Shown in pieces: positions 8,319 through 16,739 of a DNA stretch of 31,620 nucleotides. The position numbers were made by a program, and so were the translations under genes. The DNA lies in NCBI GenBank assembly GCA_963704885.1, contig CAVPIB010000014.1, forward strand, positions 1-31,620. The letters are read 5' to 3'. Origin of the DNA: an uncultured Actinomycetes bacterium (GTDB lineage Bacteria; Actinomycetota; UBA4738; HRBIN12). Numbering within the stretch: the first letter of the stretch is position 1; every line of letters begins with the position of its first letter. A model generated the notes under the pieces. It ran no database searches, was not told where the DNA came from, and was given only the letters and a program-made list of their open reading frames with translations.

Positions 8319-9371
8319 CTAGGCGTCGGCCAGACGGCCTTCCACGGTGATCCGACCGGGCTCCCCGGCCACGACCTGACCGATCTCCGCGAACCCGGCG
8401 CCTCGCGCTTCCAAGGCCATCCGCAACGCGTCCGCGTGTCGGGTGGCGATCAGCATGCCGCCGGAGGTCTGGGCGTCGGCCAAGACCAGCTGCTCGGGTT
8501 GGGTGAGCGCACCCCAGTCGGTGGTCGGTCCGAGCCACGAGTGGTTACGACGTGTGCCGCCCGACACCACGCCCTGCCGGGCCAGATCGAGCACGCCCGG
8601 AAGCAAGGGGACGAGCGCAGCCTCCACCGTGGCGGCCACGCCGCTCGCCTCGAGGAGCTTCCGCAGGTGACCCAGCAGGCCGAACCCCGTGACGTCGGTG
8701 GCCGCGGCGGCTCCGGCCTCGACCATCGCTCCGGCCGCGGCGGCGTTCAGCGTGGTCATGGTCCGCACCGCGGCCTCCGCCTGCTCGGGCGTGGCGCTCC
8801 CCCGCTTGATCGCCGTCGCGATCAGGCCCGTCCCGATCGGCTTGGTGAGGAACAAGCGCTCACCGGGCGCCGCTGTCGAGTTGCGCATCAGCCGATCGGC
8901 ATCGGCGAACCCCAACGCGACCATCCCGTAGATCGGCTCGGTCGCGGTGATCGTGTGTCCGCCCACCACGACCGCGCCCGCATCGCCCGCGACGTCCTGA
9001 CCACCCTGCAGGACCCGGGCGAGGAGCTCGAGCGGAAGGTCGTCAACGGGCCACCCGGCGACGTTGAGGGCCATGGCCGGCGTCGCGCCCATCGCGTAGA
9101 CGTCGCTGAACGCGTTCGCGGCCGCGATCCTGCCCCAGTCGTAGGGATCGTCGACGATCGGAGTGAACACGTCGACGGTGGCGATCAGCGCTCGCCCGTC
9201 GGGGAGGCGCCAGGCCGCCGCGTCGTCGCCTGTGTCCGCGGAGACCAGGACCTCTTCGGGCATGGTCGCCGATCCGAGCATCCCCATCACGGTGCCCAGA
9301 TCGCCCGGCCCGAGCTTGCACGCGCAGCCAGCGCCGTGGCTGAAGGCGGTGAGCCGCACCTCCGTCGACAT
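8319..9371 (-). CDS. selD: Selenide, water dikinase (selenophosphate synthetase), Cys-containing
   Basis: RLTAFSHGAGCACKL, DDAA, DVFTPIVDDPYDWGRIAAANAFSDVYAMG, GGHT, LTKPIGTG, TDVTGFGLLGH, DAQTSGGML. The active-site codon is TGC. Confidence 0.96.
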   Translation of the reverse strand: MSTEVRLTAFSHGAGCACKLGPGDLGTVMGMLGSATMPEEVLVSADTGDDAAAWRLPDGRALIATVDVFTPIVDDPYDWGRIAAANAFSDVYAMGATPAMALNVAGWPVDDLPLELLARVLQGGQDVAGDAGAVVVGGHTITATEPIYGMVALGFADADRLMRNSTAAPGERLFLTKPIGTGLIATAIKRGSATPEQAEAAVRTMTTLNAAAAGAMVEAGAAAATDVTGFGLLGHLRKLLEASGVAATVEAALVPLLPGVLDLARQGVVSGGTRRNHSWLGPTTDWGALTQPEQLVLADAQTSGGMLIATRHADALRMALEARGAGFAEIGQVVAGEPGRITVEGRLADA

Positions 9372-9432
9372 GTCCATGAGGATACGCACGCAGCTCCCCT
9401 GAACCGTCGCTCGACCTGGCACACTGTGCCGC

Positions 9433-10290
9433 ATGCGTGTGGCGGTGGTGGGTCATGTGGAGTGGGTTTCGTTCGGGGTGGTCGACCGCGTTCCTCGCGC
9501 GGGCGAGATCGTGAACGCGACCGAGAACTGGGATGAACCGGCTGGCGGCGGGGCCGTCGCCGCCGTCCAGCTCGCCAAGCTGGCCGGCGCATGCGACCTG
9601 TTCACGGCGTTCGGCGACGACGAGATCGGTGAGCGGTCCAAGCGCGAGCTCTCGGCACTCGGACCCTCCGTCCACGCCGCTACGCGCGACGCTCCCACGC
9701 GCCGAGCCATGGCTTTGATCGACGCCGGCAGGGAGCGCACGATCGTCACGCTCGGCCAGCGGCTCGAACCCCACGGCGCGGATCCGCTCCCTTGGGAGCT
9801 CCTGGAGGGCGCAGACGTCGCCTACGTGACCGCGGGAGATGCAGCGGCGTTCGAGGCGGCGCGCCGGGCTCGATTGCTGGTCGTGACCAGCCGCGGACTC
9901 CCGTCGCTCGAGGCCTCGGGTGTTTCCGCCGACGTGCTCGTCGGGAGCGGTCGGGACAGGGATGAGGTGTTCGACGCAGACTCGCTCGCACACCGACCCG
10001 AGCTGATCGTTCACACGGAAGGCCTCGCCGGAGGCTCGTGGGAGGCGGGCGGTGAGCATCACCGATGGAAGAGCCCGATCGCCGACCCAGACGGGGAGGA
10101 CCCCTTGCCTCCGTCGGACGCTTACGGTGCGGGTGACTCGTTCGCCACCGGCCTGGCGTATGGCTTGGCCGCGGGGATGGAGGTTCCCGATGCGATCCGG
10201 CTTGCGGCCCGATGTGGCGCTGCCTGCGCGTCCGGCCGTGGCCCCTACACCGCGCAGCTCACGCAGGCCGACCTCACCTCCGACGACTAG
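9433..10290 (+). CDS. PfkB/ribokinase-family carbohydrate kinase
   Basis: VAVVGHVEW, AGGGAVAAVQLAKL, GERTI-like segment, DAYGAGDSF signature. Confidence 0.88.
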   Translation: MRVAVVGHVEWVSFGVVDRVPRAGEIVNATENWDEPAGGGAVAAVQLAKLAGACDLFTAFGDDEIGERSKRELSALGPSVHAATRDAPTRRAMALIDAGRERTIVTLGQRLEPHGADPLPWELLEGADVAYVTAGDAAAFEAARRARLLVVTSRGLPSLEASGVSADVLVGSGRDRDEVFDADSLAHRPELIVHTEGLAGGSWEAGGEHHRWKSPIADPDGEDPLPPSDAYGAGDSFATGLAYGLAAGMEVPDAIRLAARCGAACASGRGPYTAQLTQADLTSDD

Positions 10291-10331
10291 CTGCGTCGCG
10301 CTTCCGCTCGCCTGAGGGCATACTCGCGAAC

Positions 10332-12167
10332 GTGGACGTGACGATGTTCCTCTCTCGGCACCCGCCGTTCGATGCGCTGGCGCCCGACGATCTGGCTTCC
10401 GTCGTGAAAGCCGCCCAGATCGAGCACTTCCCTGCCGGCACCGTGATCCTGCAGGAACAGGGCGAGCCCGCGCGGTTCCTCTACGTGGTGCGCAAGGGGG
10501 CGGTGGAGCTGCTGTCCGAAGGCCACCTGTACGACCTGCTGGAAGAGGGCGAGGTCTTCGGCCAGTTCTCCCTGCTGAACGGCGAGAGCCCGACGGCGAC
10601 CGTCAGGGCCCACGAGGACACGCTCTGCTACCTGATCGACGGCGAGGTGGCCGACCGTGTGCTCGGTACCGCCACGGGGCAGACGTTCGTCATCGGGACC
10701 ATGCGCGAGCGTCTGGCCGCCGGCTACGACGTCGCCACCGAGCCTCTGGGCGCCCCCTATAGACCGATCGGCGGGCTCCTGCGTCGCGGCGTGATCTCTG
10801 CTGAACCTTCGATGTCCGTGGCCGAGGCGGCCGAGCGCATGGCCAGCGAACGCGTTTCCAGTCTGCTGGTGCCGATGCGGGACGGATGGGGCATCGTCAC
10901 GGACCGCGACCTGCGCACGCGGGTCCTGGCGGCGCACCGCAGCGCGGACACGCCCCTCGAGGAGATCGCCTCGTTCCCCGTGAAGACGCTCGCCGAGGAC
11001 GCCCTGGCGGGAGAGGCGTTGCTGGCGATGTTCGCCGAAGGCGTGCATCACTTCCCGGTTACGCGGGCGGACGGTCGGGTGATCGGTGTGGTCACGGACA
11101 CGGATCTGATGGACGTCGGTCGGCACACGCCGTTCTCGATACGAAGCGCCATCGAGCGTTCGCACACGCGTGAAGCCGTGATCACGGCGGGTCGGGAGCT
11201 GCCGGACCTGGTCTGCGCGCTGGTGGCCGCGAGCTCCGAGCCGGTGGGCGTGGGTCGGGTGGTCGCCCTGGTCGTCGACGCCCTGACCAAGCAGCTGCTG
11301 ACCCTCGGTATCGAACGGTTCGGCGAGCCGCCGGTGCCGTGGGCGTGGCTGGCGCTCGGGAGCGCCGCCCGGCACGAGCAGGCGTTGCGAACGGATCAAG
11401 ATCACTCGCTCGCCTACGATCCGCAGGGCCTCTCCCTCGAGGACATCGACCGATACTTCTCCGAGCTCACCGCGTTCGTCGTGGACGGCTTGGATCAGGC
11501 GGGGATCCCCCGCTGCGAGGGAGACGTGATGGCATCCAACCCCGCCCTGCGTCGTCCCATCGATAAGTGGGTGGAGGCGCTCCGCGGGTGGATCGCCGAG
11601 CCGGGGCGCGCGGGAAGCGTCCAGTCCTCGATCCTGTACGACTTCCGGCGGGTGGCGGGACCGCTGGACGCCGAGCCCGAGCTCCAACGCGTGATCGGGG
11701 AAGCCCGGCACAACGACGCGTTCTTGCGTCACTTGGCTCGCCGGGCGCTCGACGATCGTCCCCCGACCGGGTTCCTCCGCGACCTGGTGGTGGAGCGCAG
11801 GGGAGAACACGTCGGGCGACTGGACATCAAACACGGCGGGATCGTGATCGTCGGCAACCTCGCCCGGATGCAGGCGGTGCGGGCCGGAGTGACCGCGAAG
11901 GGAACGCTCGACCGGCTCGAAGGAGCGGCAGCCGCGGGGGTGATCGAGCGCGATGCCGCCCGGGGGCTGGCGGAGACGTTCCGGTTCCTGTGGGACGTGC
12001 GCCTGCGACACCAGGCCGCACAGGTGCGAGCGGCGCAGCCTCCTGACGACTTCGTGGATCCCTCAACGCTCGGATCGGTCACGCGCCGCGGATTGAAAGA
12101 GGCGTTCAACGTGATCGCTCGCGCCCAGCGCGGCCTTGCCTTGGAGCTCGGGGTGCGCCGGCCCTAG
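10332..12167 (+). CDS. cNMP-binding + tandem CBS + DUF294 putative nucleotidyltransferase
   Basis: FLSRHPPFD, LYVVRKGAVEL and GEVFG (cNMP); GIVTDRDLR and GVVTDTDL (CBS); LGSAARHEQALRTDQD, CEGDVMASNP, LDIKHGG (DUF294/DUF294_C). Start GTG 10332. Confidence 0.9.
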   Translation: MDVTMFLSRHPPFDALAPDDLASVVKAAQIEHFPAGTVILQEQGEPARFLYVVRKGAVELLSEGHLYDLLEEGEVFGQFSLLNGESPTATVRAHEDTLCYLIDGEVADRVLGTATGQTFVIGTMRERLAAGYDVATEPLGAPYRPIGGLLRRGVISAEPSMSVAEAAERMASERVSSLLVPMRDGWGIVTDRDLRTRVLAAHRSADTPLEEIASFPVKTLAEDALAGEALLAMFAEGVHHFPVTRADGRVIGVVTDTDLMDVGRHTPFSIRSAIERSHTREAVITAGRELPDLVCALVAASSEPVGVGRVVALVVDALTKQLLTLGIERFGEPPVPWAWLALGSAARHEQALRTDQDHSLAYDPQGLSLEDIDRYFSELTAFVVDGLDQAGIPRCEGDVMASNPALRRPIDKWVEALRGWIAEPGRAGSVQSSILYDFRRVAGPLDAEPELQRVIGEARHNDAFLRHLARRALDDRPPTGFLRDLVVERRGEHVGRLDIKHGGIVIVGNLARMQAVRAGVTAKGTLDRLEGAAAAGVIERDAARGLAETFRFLWDVRLRHQAAQVRAAQPPDDFVDPSTLGSVTRRGLKEAFNVIARAQRGLALELGVRRP

Positions 12168-12603
12168 ATGCGATCGGTCGTGTCGCTGCCAATTTCTCGA
12201 TGCCGAGGACGCTGAACGTGTCCATGTGATTGACCCCGGGGATAGCCCTGATCTCGTCGAGGACCCTCACGAGATCGTCCCGGTCTCGACAGACGACCTC
12301 GGCGATGAGGTCGTAGCCGCCGGTCGTGCGACCGAGGAACACGATCTCCGGCAGCCGCGACATGCGCTCGATCGCTCTGTCGAGGGTCGGGCCTTGCACC
12401 CGGACCGCGAGGTAGGGGAAGAGGAGACCGAGATCTGCAGGGTCGAGGTCGACGACGAAGCGCATGCCGAGCTGCCTCACGAGTCGCTCGATCCTCGTGC
12501 GCACCGTCGTGTCGGAAACCCCGAGCTCCTCCGCCAGCTTCACGTACGGCATCCGTGCATCCGCCTGGAGCAGGTCCAACAGCCTTATGTCGAGCTCGTC
12601 CAC
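12106..12603 (-). CDS. Lrp/AsnC-family transcriptional regulator, C-terminus probably truncated or scrambled
   Basis: MDELDIRLLDLLQADARMPYVKLAEELGVSDTTVRTRIERL HTH and TGGYDL. The low-complexity tail overlaps the convergent DUF294 gene by 62 nt. Confidence 0.85.
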   Translation of the reverse strand: MDELDIRLLDLLQADARMPYVKLAEELGVSDTTVRTRIERLVRQLGMRFVVDLDPADLGLLFPYLAVRVQGPTLDRAIERMSRLPEIVFLGRTTGGYDLIAEVVCRDRDDLVRVLDEIRAIPGVNHMDTFSVLGIEKLAATRPIASRAGAPRAPRQGRAGRERSR

Positions 12604-12679
12604 GCCCGCCTTCCCTGGTCAGGATGCGAAGGGTTGCCTATACTTCGATATTCCCCGGCCCAGAGGAGTCCTTCCGAAG

Positions 12680-13169
12680 ATGCCAACCCGGAACGCCGAC
12701 GACGCAGTGATCGTCGGTGGGGGGTCACAACGGCCTAGTTGCCGCGGCCTATTTCGGCAGGATGGGTGCACGCGTGGTGGTGCTCGAAGCCCGTCGCAAG
12801 ACCGGCGGAGCCGCCGACACGTCGGAGCCCTTCCCCGATCTTCCGGACGTCCACGTCACCACGCTCAGTTACGTGATGAGCTTGATGCCTCCGTCGATCG
12901 TCCACGACCTTCGGCTGGAGCGGTTCGGGTATCAGGTGGTACCGATGGCCGGCTCGTACGCTCCGCAGTCGGGCGGCGGAGGCATCCGCGACGATGAAGA
13001 CCCGGCCAGCAACCGGTTCCGAGACACACTCTCTGAGTTCTCGACGAAGGATGCCGACGCGTACGGGGACTGGTCGGCATGGATCACTCGCAGCGCCGGC
13101 CACCACGTCGTCCGCGAGATCGTGAAGGACCGCAGACGCCGCCGGGCCCCATGGGCGAGATCGCGGTGA
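12680..13169 (+). pseudogene. Phytoene-dehydrogenase-like FAD oxidoreductase, frameshifted and internally deleted
   Basis: ATG 12680 gives DAVIVGGG, which continues as HNGLVAAAY...LEAR...GGAA only after removing one G from G6 at 12719-12724. After about 135 codons it jumps to a C-terminal-like GHHVVREIVKD and stops. Confidence 0.8.
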
Positions 13170-15208
13170 GTGGACCGGGCGGCGCACGGAGCGGGCGGAC
13201 GAGCGGCACTCCCGATCCCGGGCGCGGGAAGTCCGACGCGGATCTCGGCATGGGGCGTGAGATCACCCGCCGTGACTTCCTCGACGGTGTGATGATCGGC
13301 ACCGGCGCGGTGCTCGCCGGCGGGTGGCTGACGGCGTGCGAACCCTCGAGCCCCGAACGAGCGCCCGCGACCTCGACCGCACCGAGCGCGACGGGCCCCG
13401 CGGACACCGGCTCGGCCTCGTACCCGCCCGCGCAGACCGGCTTCGCCGGCCAGTCGGAGACGGCCTCGGTCATCCCCCATCAACTGCGCGACGGGACGTT
13501 CTGGGCGTCGACGGGGTCGCCGGAAGCGACCGGCGAGACCTACGACCTCGTCGTGGTCGGGGCCGGCATCAGCGGCCTCGCGAGCGCCTACTTCTTCGCG
13601 CGGGAGCATCCGAGCGCCACGATCCTGATCCTCGACGCGGACCGCGACATCGGCGGTCACGCGAGACGCAACGAGTTCGCCGACGTTGCAGGCCGGCCAG
13701 GGGGGTTGCTGGTCGGCTACGGCGGGTCGGAGTCGATGCAATCCCCGGCGCTCTACAGCCCCGCGGCCAAGGAGCTGATCGAGGACCTCGGTATCGACGT
13801 CGAGAAGTTCCGCAGGTACTACCACGGCGAGTTCTGGCCGTCGGACCGGCTGTACGTGTTCGACGAGGAGCTCTGGGGTCGCGACCACGTGAGCCGCCGG
13901 CGTGCCGGGGAGCCACCCGCCCGATGGGTCGAGCAGCTCCCGATCGCGGAGCAAGCCAAACGCGATCTCGTGATGCTGTTCGAGGATCCTCCCGACTGGA
14001 TGCCGGGACTCGGCGACGCCGAGAAGAAGCGACGGCTCAGCACGATGAGCTACTCAGGGTTCCTCCGCGAGGTCGCCCACGTCCACGAGGACGCCGTGCG
14101 GTTCCTCTACAACCACGGATCCGACGCTTGGGGACTCGGGATCGACGGGATCGGCGCGGTCGACGTGTGGCCGTACTTCCCCGGGTTCTCGGGCATGGGC
14201 ATGGACGACTCGGAGCCCTCGAAGTGGAACTCACCGTCGACACAGAGGCTCTGGTTCGACGAGGAGCCGTACATCTACCACTTCCCGGGAGGGAACTCGA
14301 CGATCGCTCGGCTCGTGCTCCGGAACATGAACCCCCAGGCCGTTCCCGGTCGCTCGATTGAGGACGAGGTGCTGGCGCGCGTGGACTACGGCCTGCTCGA
14401 CGATGCTGGTCAGCGGGTACGGGTCCGTCTGGAAAGTCCCGTCGTGAAGGTCGAGAACATCGCGAGCGGCGTGTCGGGCCCCGGCGTAGAGATCACCTAC
14501 GCCCACGGGGGGAGCCTCCGCACGGTGCGGTCGTCCTCCGCGGTCATGGCCTGCTGGTACACGATGCTGCCGTACGTCGTCGAGGGCCTCCCCGTCGAGC
14601 AACGCACGGCCGCCCAGGCGATGGATCGCGTGCCGCTCCTGTACACGAGCGTTCAACTCCGCAGCAGGAAGGCGTTCGAGGAGTTGGACGTGTGGGGCGG
14701 GCACGTCGCGGGGCCGGGGACGGACTGGACCGACTTCTACCTCGACTACCCGGTCAGCATCGGACGATACGAGTACCCACTGGACCTCGCCGAACCCGGC
14801 ATCGTGCTCGTGCACGGGGCGCCCACGATGCCCGGCCTGCCCCCACGCGAGGGGGCGGTCGCGGGTCGACGAGCGCTCGCGCAGACCTCGTTCGCCGACC
14901 TCGAGCGGAGCCTGAGGAGCCTGTTGGACCGTGCGCTCGGTCCCGGCGGCTTCGACGCCGCCGAAGACATCCAGGCCATCACCATCAACCGGTGGGCGCA
15001 CGGCTACACGTGGGAGTACAGCCTCCCCTGGGACGCCGAGTTCTACCCCCAGGGACCGCTGCCGGGGCAGATCGCGTCGAGGAGGTTCGGGCAGATCGCG
15101 TTCGCGAACACTGATCGCTACGGCGCCGCCTACGCCGACCTGGCGATCGACGCGGCCCACGATGCGATCGACGACCTCAAGGGCTCTGCAGGAGCGGTGG
15201 CTTCGTGA
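13166..15208 (+). CDS. Tat-exported FAD-dependent oxidoreductase, spermidine dehydrogenase (SpdH)-like, probable lipoprotein
   Basis: DLGMGREITRRDFLDG twin-arginine motif, LTAC lipobox, YDLVVVGAGISGL, GGHARRNEF, GYGGSES, HFPGGN, INRWAHGY. GTG 13166 overlaps the upstream TGA; ATG 13250 is an alternative start. Confidence 0.8.
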   Translation: MSGPGGARSGRTSGTPDPGRGKSDADLGMGREITRRDFLDGVMIGTGAVLAGGWLTACEPSSPERAPATSTAPSATGPADTGSASYPPAQTGFAGQSETASVIPHQLRDGTFWASTGSPEATGETYDLVVVGAGISGLASAYFFAREHPSATILILDADRDIGGHARRNEFADVAGRPGGLLVGYGGSESMQSPALYSPAAKELIEDLGIDVEKFRRYYHGEFWPSDRLYVFDEELWGRDHVSRRRAGEPPARWVEQLPIAEQAKRDLVMLFEDPPDWMPGLGDAEKKRRLSTMSYSGFLREVAHVHEDAVRFLYNHGSDAWGLGIDGIGAVDVWPYFPGFSGMGMDDSEPSKWNSPSTQRLWFDEEPYIYHFPGGNSTIARLVLRNMNPQAVPGRSIEDEVLARVDYGLLDDAGQRVRVRLESPVVKVENIASGVSGPGVEITYAHGGSLRTVRSSSAVMACWYTMLPYVVEGLPVEQRTAAQAMDRVPLLYTSVQLRSRKAFEELDVWGGHVAGPGTDWTDFYLDYPVSIGRYEYPLDLAEPGIVLVHGAPTMPGLPPREGAVAGRRALAQTSFADLERSLRSLLDRALGPGGFDAAEDIQAITINRWAHGYTWEYSLPWDAEFYPQGPLPGQIASRRFGQIAFANTDRYGAAYADLAIDAAHDAIDDLKGSAGAVAS

Positions 15209-15248
15209 CGATCTGGGACCTGCGATCGCCTTCCGCAGGGATCGGCCC

Positions 15249-15692
15249 TCACGCCCGGTCGCTGAAGGCGCGTATCTGCGCAGCGTGCACACGGTAGTGC
15301 TCGATCTCTTCCATGGAGCGCTCTGAGATCCATCCACATGTCACCGAGTCGCACGTCTCCAGGGCCGACCGGAAGCGTTCCCGACTCCGTGCGAGGTGCG
15401 CCGCGATCTCATCCCATGTCATCGCGCGACCCGTCGAGACGGCCGCGGCGTTCTGCTCGTCGTAGTACGCATCGTCCTCCGGTTCCTCCGGGTACGGCGG
15501 GCCGTGAAGAGCTCGATCGAGCACGTCGGCCGCCCGACCCACCCAGTACGCCACGTGCCAGAGGACATCGTGCGTAGACCAGCCGGGCACGACGCCGTCC
15601 ACCGCCCGTCGCTCGGCCGGAACAGCCTCCACCGCCGCCATCAGCTCCGTCCACGCTTCGCCCTCGAGATCCAGGACCTCGTATGCCTCCAT
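15249..15692 (-). CDS. DinB/MDMPI-like four-helix metal-binding protein
   Basis: PGWSTHDVLWHVAYW and EHYRVH histidine pattern. Confidence 0.75.
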   Translation of the reverse strand: MEAYEVLDLEGEAWTELMAAVEAVPAERRAVDGVVPGWSTHDVLWHVAYWVGRAADVLDRALHGPPYPEEPEDDAYYDEQNAAAVSTGRAMTWDEIAAHLARSRERFRSALETCDSVTCGWISERSMEEIEHYRVHAAQIRAFSDRA

Positions 15693-15784
15693 GCTCTTAC
15701 TACCTCTCAGTTCGCCGAGGGGCGTCTACCCACCCCGCTCCTCGCCTGGGAGGCTACTGTCTCCGGGCAGGTGGGATCGGCAGC

Positions 15785-15935
15785 GTGATCCCGAGCCCGG
15801 CGACCAGAAGGCCCATCGCAAGCGCATCGGCTCATCCGGCGGCCGACCGGTGACCTACGACCGCACCGCCTACCGCGGACGCAACGTCCTCGCAGTCGTG
15901 CTGCTCTGGCTCACCGACTTAGAGACACGTCCTAG
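15785..15935 (+). mobile_element. IS5-family right-end remnant (transposase C-terminal fragments + terminal repeat)
   Basis: Reads (VIP)EPGDQKAHRKRIGSSGGRPVTYDRTAYRGRNV then LAVVLLWL, followed by TTAGAGACACGTCCTAG, resembling actinobacterial IS5 ends of the form GAGACACGCCCTAG. Confidence 0.8.
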
Positions 15936-15946
15936 CCGTCGCTGGA

Positions 15947-16726
15947 CTACAGCGAGATGTCGGTGCCCATGGCGTGGAAACCGCCGTCCACGTGGATCAG
16001 CTCACCGGTGATGCCGGCCGACAGATCCGAGAAGAGGAACGCGATCGCGCGGCCCACCGGGGTGGGGTCCGTGGTGTCCCATCCGAGCGGCGCCCTGCGA
16101 GCCCAGGCGTCGGCGATCTGCTCGAACCCCGGGATGCCTTTCCCCGCCATCGTCTTCAGCGGTCCGGCGGACACGGTGTTCACCCGGATCCCCTTGGGAC
16201 CGAGATCGCGGGCCAGGTAGCGAGTGACCGACTCGAGTCCAGCCTTGGCCACGCCCATCCAGTCATAGATCGGCCAGGCCACGCGGGCGTCGAACCCCAG
16301 CGTGACGATCGAGCCACCGCTCCCCTCCATCAGAGGCGCCAGGCCCGCGGCGATCGCCTTCAGCGAGAACGCGCTCGTCTGGAAGGCCGTGGACACGCTC
16401 TCCCACGGCGTGTTCAGGAAGTTGCCACCGAGTGCGTCTTGAGGGGCGAACGCGATGGCGTGCAGGAAGCCATCGAGCGAGCCCCACCGGTCTTCCAACT
16501 CTGCGCGAACGGCCTCTATCTGCTCAGGGTCGTTCGCGTCCAGCTCGAGCACGTCGGGGGGATCGGGGAGCCGCTTGGCGACCTTCTCGGTCAGGCTCAC
16601 GGTCCGCCCGAAGTTGGACAGGATGATCTGCGCGCCCTGTTCCTGACATGCCTGAGCTGCCGCGAACGCGATCGACTGAGGCGTGAGCACGCCGGTGATC
16701 AGCAGGCGCTTGTTCTCCAGCAACAT
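15947..16726 (-). CDS. fabI: Enoyl-ACP reductase FabI/InhA
   Basis: LLITGVLTPQSIAF, HAIAFAP, AWPIYDWMGVAKAGLES, VSAGPLKTMA, TGELIHVDGG; SD GAAGGGG before ATG 16726. Confidence 0.93.
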   Translation of the reverse strand: MLLENKRLLITGVLTPQSIAFAAAQACQEQGAQIILSNFGRTVSLTEKVAKRLPDPPDVLELDANDPEQIEAVRAELEDRWGSLDGFLHAIAFAPQDALGGNFLNTPWESVSTAFQTSAFSLKAIAAGLAPLMEGSGGSIVTLGFDARVAWPIYDWMGVAKAGLESVTRYLARDLGPKGIRVNTVSAGPLKTMAGKGIPGFEQIADAWARRAPLGWDTTDPTPVGRAIAFLFSDLSAGITGELIHVDGGFHAMGTDISL

Positions 16727-16739
16727 GTGTCGCCCCTTC

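Noticed and set aside
9310-9345. Selenocysteine (UGA) in the SelD active site, or other selenoproteins in the window
   Set aside because: The motif is GGC TGC GCG TGC AAG (GCACK). I saw no gene with an in-frame TGA at a Cys-equivalent position.
7920-9536. 538-aa plus-strand ORF and other long ORFs such as 10287-12011, 27422-29002 and 26353-27696
   Set aside because: They are antisense shadows of well-supported genes, expected in high-GC DNA, and have no family motifs.
15210-15245. Stem CCTGCG/CGCAGG between the convergent SpdH-like and DinB-like genes as a terminator
   Set aside because: Short stem, long loop and no U-tract; plausible but not supportable.
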